A DNA stretch of 17,951 nt, taken from Vulcanimicrobiales bacterium (GTDB lineage: Bacteria; Vulcanimicrobiota; Vulcanimicrobiia; Vulcanimicrobiales; Vulcanimicrobiaceae). The notes under the pieces were generated by a model that was not told the origin of the DNA, did not search any database, and was given only the letters and a program-made list of their open reading frames with translations. Where the stretch lies: positions 1 to 17,951 of the forward strand of contig JBBQQR010000031.1 in the NCBI GenBank assembly GCA_038215615.1, written 5' to 3'. A program made the translations under genes and the position numbers. Shown piece after piece: positions 8,419 through 16,420 of the stretch; position 1 is the first letter of the stretch, and every line of letters begins with the position of its first letter.

Positions 8419-10019
8419 AAGTAAGCGTTCCATCCTTCGCTGATGCCGTTGGGTGAAAAGTTTTGCAGGGCGGGGTTCATCGCGTACCGGCCCCGCGGGT
8501 AGTATTCGAAAGCAGCCGGGGCATCCTTCACCAACAACTGTTGAGTCAGCGCGTAAGCGCGCTTGCGCGTTGAGCGATCGAAGTGCGTCAACGCTGTGGT
8601 CTCCGCGTTGTCGAACGCAGTGCTGCAGTACCGCGAAATGTTGTTGCCGGCCGGCGGCGCCTGTTTGCACGTCCATTGCGATGAATCATCCGGATCGGCG
8701 CCGGAGACCCAAACCTGCAGCGTCATGTCGAACTTTCCAGTCTGCTGGATTCCACCCATGGCTGCGGTGGCGTAAAGCAGCGAGTAACTGTACGTCTTGA
8801 TCGCCAAATCGATTCCGGCTCGGCGTAGATCCGACTGCAACTCGACGGCAATCTGGTTGGCCGTTTGGCTGCCGGCGCCGATCGTAAGTTGCAGTGTAAG
8901 TGTTTTACCGTTCTTCGCGCGCATTCCCGACGGCCCGAGGCGCCAGCCGGCCTGCTCGAGTAAGCCATTGGCTTTCGCAAGATCGAAGGGGTATCCGGCC
9001 AGCGTAGGATCGTGCGCCCAATAATAGTCCGAGAGATCGGCCGTGGCGAGCGTTGCCGTACCGTAGGTGAGATTGTCGACGATTCGTTTTTCGTTCACCG
9101 CATAGGCAATGGCTTGGCGCACGCGCACGTCGTCGAGCGGCGGATGCTTCGTGTTGAATATCGCGGCGGCATAGGCGGGCTGTTTGACGAGCATCGTTCG
9201 TACGCTCGTTACAGCGCGCAGGTTGCGAAAGTTCGCCGAGGTGACGGCCAGGATTAGATCGATCCCGTGGGACTGCAGCTCGGCCGCCGACGTGTTGCCG
9301 TCGGGGACGGTGTAGACGAGAATCTTTTTCAGCTTCGGCGCGCCGCGGAAATAGAACGGATTCGCGGCAAGTTCGACGTGATCTCCATGATACCAGCGTA
9401 CGACGCGGAAAGGGCCCGTGCCGATGGGCTGCTGGTTGAACGGAGTGCGGTTGATGTTCGCATATCCGCCGAGCACATGTTTGGGGATGACGCGGAACGG
9501 CTGGTCGCTCTCGCCGAAAACGGTGTCGACGAACGGCGCAAACGGCGCTTTCAGACGAAAGACGACCGTGTACGGATCCGGCGTATCGACGGACGACACC
9601 TTATCGTAGCCGGTACGCTCGACGACGTTGTTATTCGGGTTCATCACCGCTTCCCAGCTGAATTTCACGTCGGCGCTGGTGAACGGTTTTCCGTCTTGCC
9701 ATTTCACTCCGCGGCGCAGTTTGTACGTGATCGTGCGACCGTCGCGACTGATTCCCCCGTTTTCAAGAGTTGGGACCGCCGCTGCAAGGTCCGGGATGTC
9801 GTTGCCCTGGTCGTCGAGAGTCACAAGCAAATCGAAGATCAAGCTTGAGAGCGAATTTTCCGCCGTCGTCGTTCCCAGCAGCGGATTGAGCGAGGACGGC
9901 TCTGCAAAGATCGCAACCCGCAGAATGCTGCCGCCCGAAGGAGAAGCGCTCCCGCCTTCCTTCGCGCAACCGGCTGCCATAAACGCAACCGCAAGTGTCA
10001 GCGCAAGGAAGCGTCTCAC
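8406..10019 (-). CDS. Peptide/nickel-type ABC transporter substrate-binding lipoprotein (SBP family 5)
   Basis: Signal peptide with lipobox MAAGC; LNP, PDLA, LRRGVKWQDGKPFTSADVKFS, PIGTGPF and VRQAIAYAVN motifs. Confidence 0.92.
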   Translation of the reverse strand: MRRFLALTLAVAFMAAGCAKEGGSASPSGGSILRVAIFAEPSSLNPLLGTTTAENSLSSLIFDLLVTLDDQGNDIPDLAAAVPTLENGGISRDGRTITYKLRRGVKWQDGKPFTSADVKFSWEAVMNPNNNVVERTGYDKVSSVDTPDPYTVVFRLKAPFAPFVDTVFGESDQPFRVIPKHVLGGYANINRTPFNQQPIGTGPFRVVRWYHGDHVELAANPFYFRGAPKLKKILVYTVPDGNTSAAELQSHGIDLILAVTSANFRNLRAVTSVRTMLVKQPAYAAAIFNTKHPPLDDVRVRQAIAYAVNEKRIVDNLTYGTATLATADLSDYYWAHDPTLAGYPFDLAKANGLLEQAGWRLGPSGMRAKNGKTLTLQLTIGAGSQTANQIAVELQSDLRRAGIDLAIKTYSYSLLYATAAMGGIQQTGKFDMTLQVWVSGADPDDSSQWTCKQAPPAGNNISRYCSTAFDNAETTALTHFDRSTRKRAYALTQQLLVKDAPAAFEYYPRGRYAMNPALQNFSPNGISEGWNAYLWSL

Positions 10020-11284
10020 CGGTCGAGCACGAGCCTAAACTTCGAGTACATATAAGGATAATCTCCGTAGAACCAGTTGCGGAAACTTCGCCGGATGAGC
10101 TCCAATCCGGTCACGGGCGAGGCTCCTTTCATGACGTAGTGCCTCCCGTCGAAGAAATCCGCGCTGTACTGCGGGTAGCTGGCCATGGGTTCGAAGCCCG
10201 CAAACGGTGCGAAAACCGTGCTCGTCCATTCCCAGCCGTTGCCGATCAGATCTTGAACGCCCCACCCGCTGGCACCGGACGGATGCGCGTCGACCGGTTC
10301 GGGATCGTAGCGAGCAAAACCGAAATTTCCTCGCTCGGAGCTGGGCGGCTGCGCGCCCCACGGAAACACTTGTTCTGCACCGCCTGGTGTCCCGAATGCG
10401 GCGCGATGGTATTCCGGTTCGGTCGGTAGCCGCGCGCCTTTCCAGTCCGCATAGGCTTGCGCGTCGTCATGACGCGCATAGACCGGCCACGAGAGCGGAA
10501 GCGGCAGCTCTTCGAAAACGCCGCGCAAATTGAATTCGCCGTCGCGTTCGATCCAAAACGGCGGAACGGGACCGCCCGCCGTTACGAACGCGCGGTACTC
10601 TGCGTTGGTCACCGGGAAGCGCTGGATCGCAAAGGCGTCCACCAGGACACGGTGCTCGTCGAACTCGTTGTCCCAGCCAAACAGTATCTGGTCGCGGCGC
10701 GCCCCGAGCGTTGCGGTTCCGGCGCCAACCTCGACGAAGTCATTCTGCGGGGGCGGCGTATCGCGGTGCGCCTGTTTCACCGGCCGTTTTTTCGAGCCGG
10801 AGAGTTGGTGGAGAAGATAGACGAGCGTCTCGTGATGCATCGGCTCGTGTTCCAAAATCGTATACACGGATTGCGCGCCAGCCAGCCGCGGAACGCTCGG
10901 GTTGTCGAGCTTGGCCTGCGCAATCGCCGCCAAGACCCGCTCGTCACACGCGCGCCCGAACGCTTCGATCTCCGTTTTGGAAGGCCAATCCGAACGCGCG
11001 TGACCGCCGGCCGCGCCTACCGTTAAGGGATCGATTCCGCGTTCGAAAAGTTTCTCGAGCCGCAGGTCGACCGGCTGTTCGCCCAGAGCGCGCTCGTTGA
11101 CGATCAGGAAACTGAACGCCGGCAGATGGCCTTCGTAGAACGCGAACGGGTGACGCAGCGGAATCGGGCGGTCATAGTACGCGTCGGGTGCGATCAACGC
11201 GAAAAGCCGGGCCGAGCGCCGGCGATTGCGCAGGTACCAATCGGCCAGGGCTTGGCGATCCAATCGCTCGGTATGCGTCAGCAC
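10016..11284 (-). CDS. EgtB/OvoA-like non-heme iron enzyme (DinB-like plus FGE-sulfatase domains)
   Basis: RPIPLRHPFAFYEGH, EHEPMHHETL (HxxxH), FGWDNEF, PVTNAEY, RLPTEPEY, GNGWEWT, YPQYSADFF and FRNWF motifs; start GTG 11284, just after the stop of the EAL gene. Confidence 0.85.
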   Translation of the reverse strand: MLTHTERLDRQALADWYLRNRRRSARLFALIAPDAYYDRPIPLRHPFAFYEGHLPAFSFLIVNERALGEQPVDLRLEKLFERGIDPLTVGAAGGHARSDWPSKTEIEAFGRACDERVLAAIAQAKLDNPSVPRLAGAQSVYTILEHEPMHHETLVYLLHQLSGSKKRPVKQAHRDTPPPQNDFVEVGAGTATLGARRDQILFGWDNEFDEHRVLVDAFAIQRFPVTNAEYRAFVTAGGPVPPFWIERDGEFNLRGVFEELPLPLSWPVYARHDDAQAYADWKGARLPTEPEYHRAAFGTPGGAEQVFPWGAQPPSSERGNFGFARYDPEPVDAHPSGASGWGVQDLIGNGWEWTSTVFAPFAGFEPMASYPQYSADFFDGRHYVMKGASPVTGLELIRRSFRNWFYGDYPYMYSKFRLVLDR

Positions 11285-11288
11285 GAGA

Positions 11289-12947
11289 TCACGCTCTTGC
11301 AGCCAGCAATTTCTCGAGTTGTGAGGGGTCCATGGGAGGAGCAAAGAGGTTCCCTTGGACCAAATCGCACCCCTGTGCGCGCAGGAACTCGTACTGCTCC
11401 GGCATCTCCACGCCCTCGGCGATGATCTTTAGTCCCAAACTGTGCCCCATTGCGATAATGGCTTTCACGATTGAGTCGTCGCTGCCCGGGCCGCCTATGC
11501 CGGCCACGAAAGAGCGGTCTATCTTGATGTGATCCGCATCAAACCTGCGCAGATAATTGAGCGATGAATGGCCCGTGCCGAAGTCGTCGATCGCAATCTG
11601 CGCCCCGATCCGCTTCAATCCGTGGATCGTTTCGACAGCATGCTCGGCGTCGAACAAAGCCATGCTCTCGGTAATTTCCACTTCGATTGCCTGGGGATCC
11701 AAGCCGGCTCCGGTGACGATATCAACCAAACGTTCGCACAGGTCGCGTTGGTGAAACTGGCGCGCAGAAATATTAATCGCCAGCACGAGAAATCCAAATC
11801 GTTCCTGCCATTCGCGCATTTGCCCGGCGCCTGTTTTCTGAACCCACTCTCCGAGCGGCACGATCAGGCCGCTCGCTTCGGCCGCCGGAATAAACGCGTC
11901 AGGTCCTAGCATACCTTCCGACGGATGGTTCCAGCGCACGAGAGCTTCGACCGCGACGATTGGATTGCCGTCGGCAATGCTCACGATCGGCTGATATTGT
12001 AGCACGAACTCGTTATCTTGGAGCGCGCGCCTAAGGTGTTTTTCTTGCGCGAGGCGGCTGCGAATTGGAGCTTCTAGCGCTTCGTCATAGAAGAAATATG
12101 CGTTGCGTCCTCGTTCTTTCGCGTGATACATCGCGATGTCGGCGTTTTTGATCAGCGCTTGATCGTTGCGGCCGTGATCCGGATAGACGGAGATACCGAT
12201 GCTCGTGGTGATAAATTGCTCGTAGCCCTCGATCCGGTATGGCTGATCCGCGGTTGCCAACAGCTCTTCGGCAAGCTCGCGCACCTCGCCGTCACCGGCG
12301 CACGGCGCGAGCACGACAAATTCGTCGCCACCCAAACGCGCGACGACGCCGCGATTCTTTACGAGCAGCACCAGCCGTTCTCCGACGAGCTGCAAGAAAC
12401 GGTCCCCGAGTGCGTGCCCGAGCGTGTCGTTGATGTCTTTAAAGCGATCGATGTCGAGAAAGAGCAGAGCGACACACGGCAGTTGGCCCGGCGCATGTTC
12501 CAACGCATCGCGCAACCGTTCTTGGAAGAAAATCCGGTTTGGAAGACCGGTCAGCGAATCGTAGTACGCGAGCGTGCGCATATGCGCGCGCGTACGCCGC
12601 ATCTCGGTGAGATAATGCGCTTCCTCGACACGAAAGAAAAGGCCGCCCTCGTGCTTCCCGTCGAGGATTGGAATGGTCGTTACCTGCACCGGCACAAGAG
12701 AAGAGTCTTTGCGCTGAAAATCCATTTCCGCACCGCTGGCCTCGCGCTTTTCGGCCGCGCTTAGCGCGTCGCTCACGAATTGGATCGAGCCTTGCGCGAG
12801 CTGCGAGATGTCGAGCTCGATAAGCTCGTCGCGGGAATAGCCGGTCAGCAGCGAGGCGGCTGCGTTCGCTCCAACGATGCGGCCCGCGCGATCCAGCGCG
12901 AAGATCGCGCTGGGCGTGGCTTCGAAAAGGGATTCAAAAGCGCGGGA
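11289..12947 (-). CDS. PAS-GGDEF-EAL diguanylate cyclase/phosphodiesterase; 5' start anomalous
   Basis: DSLTGLPNR, LDIDRFKDINDTLGH, RLGGDEF, VEALVRW, DDFGTGHSSL and AEGVE motifs. The frame continues upstream of GTG 12776 as a PAS N-terminus (SRAFESLFEATPSAIFALDRAGRIVGANAAASLLTGYSRDELI) up to the ALDH stop codon. Confidence 0.88.
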   Translation of the reverse strand, partial: SRAFESLFEATPSAIFALDRAGRIVGANAAASLLTGYSRDELIELDISQLAQGSIQFVSDALSAAEKREASGAEMDFQRKDSSLVPVQVTTIPILDGKHEGGLFFRVEEAHYLTEMRRTRAHMRTLAYYDSLTGLPNRIFFQERLRDALEHAPGQLPCVALLFLDIDRFKDINDTLGHALGDRFLQLVGERLVLLVKNRGVVARLGGDEFVVLAPCAGDGEVRELAEELLATADQPYRIEGYEQFITTSIGISVYPDHGRNDQALIKNADIAMYHAKERGRNAYFFYDEALEAPIRSRLAQEKHLRRALQDNEFVLQYQPIVSIADGNPIVAVEALVRWNHPSEGMLGPDAFIPAAEASGLIVPLGEWVQKTGAGQMREWQERFGFLVLAINISARQFHQRDLCERLVDIVTGAGLDPQAIEVEITESMALFDAEHAVETIHGLKRIGAQIAIDDFGTGHSSLNYLRRFDADHIKIDRSFVAGIGGPGSDDSIVKAIIAMGHSLGLKIIAEGVEMPEQYEFLRAQGCDLVQGNLFAPPMDPSQLEKLLAARA

Positions 12948-14384
12948 TCAGTGGGCGAGGTACTCACGCAAGCCGTGGACGCCACCCTCGCGCCCAAATC
13001 CGGACTCGCGAAATCCGCCAAACGGCGAGCTCGGATCGAATTGATTGAACGTGTTGCACCACACCACTCCTGCGCGCAAATACTGCGCGATGTACATATT
13101 CTTGCTTCCTTTGTCGGTCCAAATGCCGGCGGAAAGGCCGTAAGGCGTATTATTCGCCTTCTCGACGGCTTCTTCGGGAGTTCGAAATGTGAGGATGGAG
13201 AGAACCGGACCGAAGATCTCTTCACGGGCGATCCGGTGCGACTGCTGGACGTTCGTGAAGAAGGAGGCGGGAAAAAAATAGCCTTTTTCCGGTAACTCGC
13301 AGGATTGCTGAACGAGAACGGCACCTTCGTCGATGCCGCTGCCGACCAGCTCTTTGATTTTGTCTAACTGCATTTTAGAATTGATCGCGCCGACGTCCGT
13401 ATTTTTGTCGAGTGGATCTCCCAAGCGAAGGGTTTGAATGCGGTCGGTTAAGCGCACGACGATCTGTTCGTGGACGCTTTCTTCGACCAGTAAGCGCGAG
13501 CCCGCGCAGCACACGTGACCCTGATTGAAGTAGATTCCGTTGACGACGCCTTCGATGGCTTGATCCATCGGCGCGTCGGCAAAAACGATGTGCGCCGCTT
13601 TTCCGCCGAGCTCGAGCGTCAGGCGTTTACCGCTGCCGGCGGTCGAGCGCTGGATTGCCTTACCGACTTCGGTCGATCCGGTGAACGCGATCTTATCGAC
13701 GTCGGGATGGCCGACCAGTGCGGCCCCCGTCGCGCCGTCTCCGGTGATGACGTTGAGAACGCCGGGCGGGAGATCGGCTTCGGCGGCAATTTGCGCCAGC
13801 GCGAGCGCGGTCAGCGGTGTCGTCTCGGCCGGTTTCAAAACGATTGTGTTGCCGCAAGCCAGAGCGGGCGCGACTTTCCAGGCGGCCATGAGGAGCGGGA
13901 AATTCCACGGCACGATCTGTCCGGCGACGCCGATGGGCTTGGGCTCCTGGCCCGCGCGCATCGCCCATTCGAGTTTGTCCGCCCAGCCGGCGTAATAGAA
14001 AAAGTGCGCGGCCGAAAGCGGGATGTCGAAATCCCGTGACTCTTTGATCGGCTTGCCGCCGTCCATGGTTTCGAGCACGGCGAGTTCGCGCGAACGCTCC
14101 GTAATCGCGCGCGCGATCCGGTAGACATACTTGGCGCGGTCAGCCGGCCGCATCCTGCGCCAATACTTGTCGTACGCTTTGCGCGCAGCCCGCACGGCGC
14201 GGTCGACATCTTCGTCGCTGGCGTGAGCCACGCGTGAAAGAATCTCTTCGGTGGCGGGATTGACGGTTTCGAAGTACTGCCCGCCGCGAGGCGCGGTCCA
14301 CTTGCCGTCGATGAAGAGCCCGTACTGCTCGCGAATCGGGGCCTTGACGCTTTCGGGCGCGGGCGCGTATTCAAAAATTGCCAT
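12948..14384 (-). CDS. Aldehyde dehydrogenase (deoC-linked, probably oxidises acetaldehyde)
   Basis: PWNFP, KPAETTP, FTGSTEVG, LELGGK (catalytic Glu), GHVCCAGS (catalytic Cys), EEIFGPV and PFGGFRESGFGREGG motifs. Confidence 0.95.
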   Translation of the reverse strand: MAIFEYAPAPESVKAPIREQYGLFIDGKWTAPRGGQYFETVNPATEEILSRVAHASDEDVDRAVRAARKAYDKYWRRMRPADRAKYVYRIARAITERSRELAVLETMDGGKPIKESRDFDIPLSAAHFFYYAGWADKLEWAMRAGQEPKPIGVAGQIVPWNFPLLMAAWKVAPALACGNTIVLKPAETTPLTALALAQIAAEADLPPGVLNVITGDGATGAALVGHPDVDKIAFTGSTEVGKAIQRSTAGSGKRLTLELGGKAAHIVFADAPMDQAIEGVVNGIYFNQGHVCCAGSRLLVEESVHEQIVVRLTDRIQTLRLGDPLDKNTDVGAINSKMQLDKIKELVGSGIDEGAVLVQQSCELPEKGYFFPASFFTNVQQSHRIAREEIFGPVLSILTFRTPEEAVEKANNTPYGLSAGIWTDKGSKNMYIAQYLRAGVVWCNTFNQFDPSSPFGGFRESGFGREGGVHGLREYLAH

Positions 14385-14387
14385 CTA

Positions 14388-15266
14388 TCAATCCATCGGG
14401 AAGTAGTCGCGGCCGGCGTAATTGCCGGTCAACTGCTTTTCATACTGCATGAGAAGGTCGTCGAGCAGCGAGCTCGCGCCGATCCGGAAGAGGTCCGGCG
14501 TCAGCCATGCTTCGCCGAGCGTTTCCTTTATAATGACCAAATACGTCATGGCCTGTTTGGTGTTGCGCACCCCGCCCGCGACTTTCAAGCCGGCGCGCCG
14601 GCCCGTCCGCCGCGCGTAGTCGCGAATCGCTTCGCACATCGTGACCGCGACGGGGAACGTCGCGTTGGTTCCCACTTTGCCGGTCGAGGTTTTGATAAAA
14701 TCGGCGCCGGCTTCGAGCGCAAGATCGCTCGCCCGGCGAATCGCGTCGTAGCTTCCCAGCTCGCCGGTTTCAAGGATAACTTTCAAATGTACCGGGCCGC
14801 ACGCGGTTTTTATCGCGACGATTTCGTCGTACACCGCGCGGTAGTAACCCGACAAGAACGCGCCGCGGTCGATAACCATGTCGATTTCGTCCGCGCCCGA
14901 GGCGATCGCTTCCGCGGTGTCGGCGAGCTTCACTTCCATGGAAGACTGGCCGCTTGGAAAAGCCGTCGCGACCGACGCAACCTTGACGCTGCTTCCGCGC
15001 AGCGCTTCCTTGGCGGCGGGCACGAGATTCGGATAGACGCAGACGGCGGCCACGCTGGGCACGTCGGGCAAATGCGGCGCCGGGTGGAGCGCCTTCGCGC
15101 AAAGTGACCGGATGCGCCCGTGCGAATCTTTGCCTTCGAGCGTCGTGAGATCCATGCATTGGATCGCCAAGCGAATTCCGGCGACCTTCGCAGTCGTTTT
15201 GATCGAGCGTTTCGCGAGCGAACCGGCGCGCGCTTCGAGCATGACCGCGTCAACGGTGACGCTCAT
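14388..15266 (-). CDS. deoC: Deoxyribose-phosphate aldolase (long, DERA-like type)
   Basis: DLTTLEG, AAVCVYP, AFPSGQ, GADEIDMVI, LKVILETGEL, ADFIKTSTGK, KVAGGVR and FRIGASSLL motifs. Confidence 0.96.
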   Translation of the reverse strand: MSVTVDAVMLEARAGSLAKRSIKTTAKVAGIRLAIQCMDLTTLEGKDSHGRIRSLCAKALHPAPHLPDVPSVAAVCVYPNLVPAAKEALRGSSVKVASVATAFPSGQSSMEVKLADTAEAIASGADEIDMVIDRGAFLSGYYRAVYDEIVAIKTACGPVHLKVILETGELGSYDAIRRASDLALEAGADFIKTSTGKVGTNATFPVAVTMCEAIRDYARRTGRRAGLKVAGGVRNTKQAMTYLVIIKETLGEAWLTPDLFRIGASSLLDDLLMQYEKQLTGNYAGRDYFPMD

Positions 15267-16378
15267 AATGTCCCCCGGCGTTCCTGCTCTTTTTCAATCG
15301 AGACAAAAAGCGCTTTGAAGTTCCCTTTGCCGAAGCTCAAGCTGCCTTTGCGCTGAATGATCTCGAAGAACACCGTCGGTCTGTCTTGCAACGGCTTCGT
15401 AAATATTTGTAGCATGTATCCGCGGTCGTCCCGATCGACCAGGATGCGCAGGTCGCGCAGAATCTGCGTTGCTTCATCGATTCTCCCGACGCGTGCTTCG
15501 AGATCGTCGTAGTAGGTGTCCGGCGTATCGAGGAATTCGACGCCGTTTTCCTTGAGCGCGCGAATCGTCGCGATGATGTCGTCCGTGCGAATAGCGATGT
15601 GCTGCACGCCGGCACCGCGGTAAAAGTCGAGATACTCCTCAATCTGCGATTTTTTCTTTCCTTGCGCAGGTTCGTTAATCGGAAACTTGACGCGGTGATC
15701 GGCATCGGTCATCACTTTAGAACGCAGCGCGGTATACTCAGTTGAAATATCTTTGTCGTCGAACGAGACGAGCTGCGAGAAACCGAAAACCCGCGCGTAG
15801 AACTCGCCCCACGTATCCATTTCTCCCCAGCCGACATTGCCGACACAATGGTCGATGGCCAATAGCCGCGGATCACTGACGTGTGGCAGCGACTTGGCCT
15901 GCGAAACGAAACCGGGCATGAATATTCCGCGATAGTTCTTGCGCTCGATGAAACTGTGGACCGTGTCGCCATAGGTGGCGATGGTGGCTTTTACAATCGA
16001 GCCGTCCCGGTCGGAGTGTACGGCGGGCTCGCAGATGACGCGGGCGCCGCCGGCGACGGCTGCGTCGAAAGCCGCGCGGCAATCCTCGACCAGAATTGCA
16101 ATATCTTTGACGCCGTCGCCATGCAGCGCGACGTGTTGCGTGATGTCATCATCCGGCAGCAAGCTCGAGGTGAGCACAAAACGGAGGTTGTTTTGCGCGA
16201 GCAGATAGCACGCGCGACTCCGTACGCCCGTTTCTGGACCCGCGTATGCAATCTGTTCGAATCCGAACGCGGAACAATAATAATGCGCCGACTGTTTGGC
16301 GTTGCCGGTATAAAACTCGACAAAGTCCCAGTCGATCTTCGCGAGCGGATGCATTTTCGGGGACGTGAGCGCGGACAT
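15263..16378 (-). CDS. hppD: 4-hydroxyphenylpyruvate dioxygenase
   Basis: HGDGVKDIA, IDHCVGNV, KFPINEPA, SQIEEYL, GVQHIA, LQIFTKP and FFEIIQRKG..FGKGNFKALF.SIE motifs; start ATG 16378 (MSALTSPKMHPL); ATGA overlap with deoC. Confidence 0.96.
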   Translation of the reverse strand: MSALTSPKMHPLAKIDWDFVEFYTGNAKQSAHYYCSAFGFEQIAYAGPETGVRSRACYLLAQNNLRFVLTSSLLPDDDITQHVALHGDGVKDIAILVEDCRAAFDAAVAGGARVICEPAVHSDRDGSIVKATIATYGDTVHSFIERKNYRGIFMPGFVSQAKSLPHVSDPRLLAIDHCVGNVGWGEMDTWGEFYARVFGFSQLVSFDDKDISTEYTALRSKVMTDADHRVKFPINEPAQGKKKSQIEEYLDFYRGAGVQHIAIRTDDIIATIRALKENGVEFLDTPDTYYDDLEARVGRIDEATQILRDLRILVDRDDRGYMLQIFTKPLQDRPTVFFEIIQRKGSLSFGKGNFKALFVSIEKEQERRGTL

Positions 16379-16420
16379 CGCAGAAGGGCACTTAGCGAGC
16401 CGACCGAAGCGGCCCTGTAT

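Noticed and set aside
8419..8676. N-terminal extension of Icd in the ORF track (similar extensions for hppD, yqeG, the short ALDH and the 15881 ORF)
   Set aside because: The extensions overlap well-supported neighbouring genes or regulatory sites; homology begins at the downstream starts given above
5840..12947. A single inserted element bounded by the two anomalous GATC-containing junctions
   Set aside because: Excising it would join the ALDH stop to a fragment that still has no start, so no gene is restored. There are no mobility genes or long terminal repeats, and GATC is frequent throughout the window.
12900..12950. Selenocysteine decoding of the ALDH TGA
   Set aside because: The codon lies in a linker rather than at a catalytic Cys position, and no convincing SECIS-like hairpin was seen immediately downstream; not formally excluded
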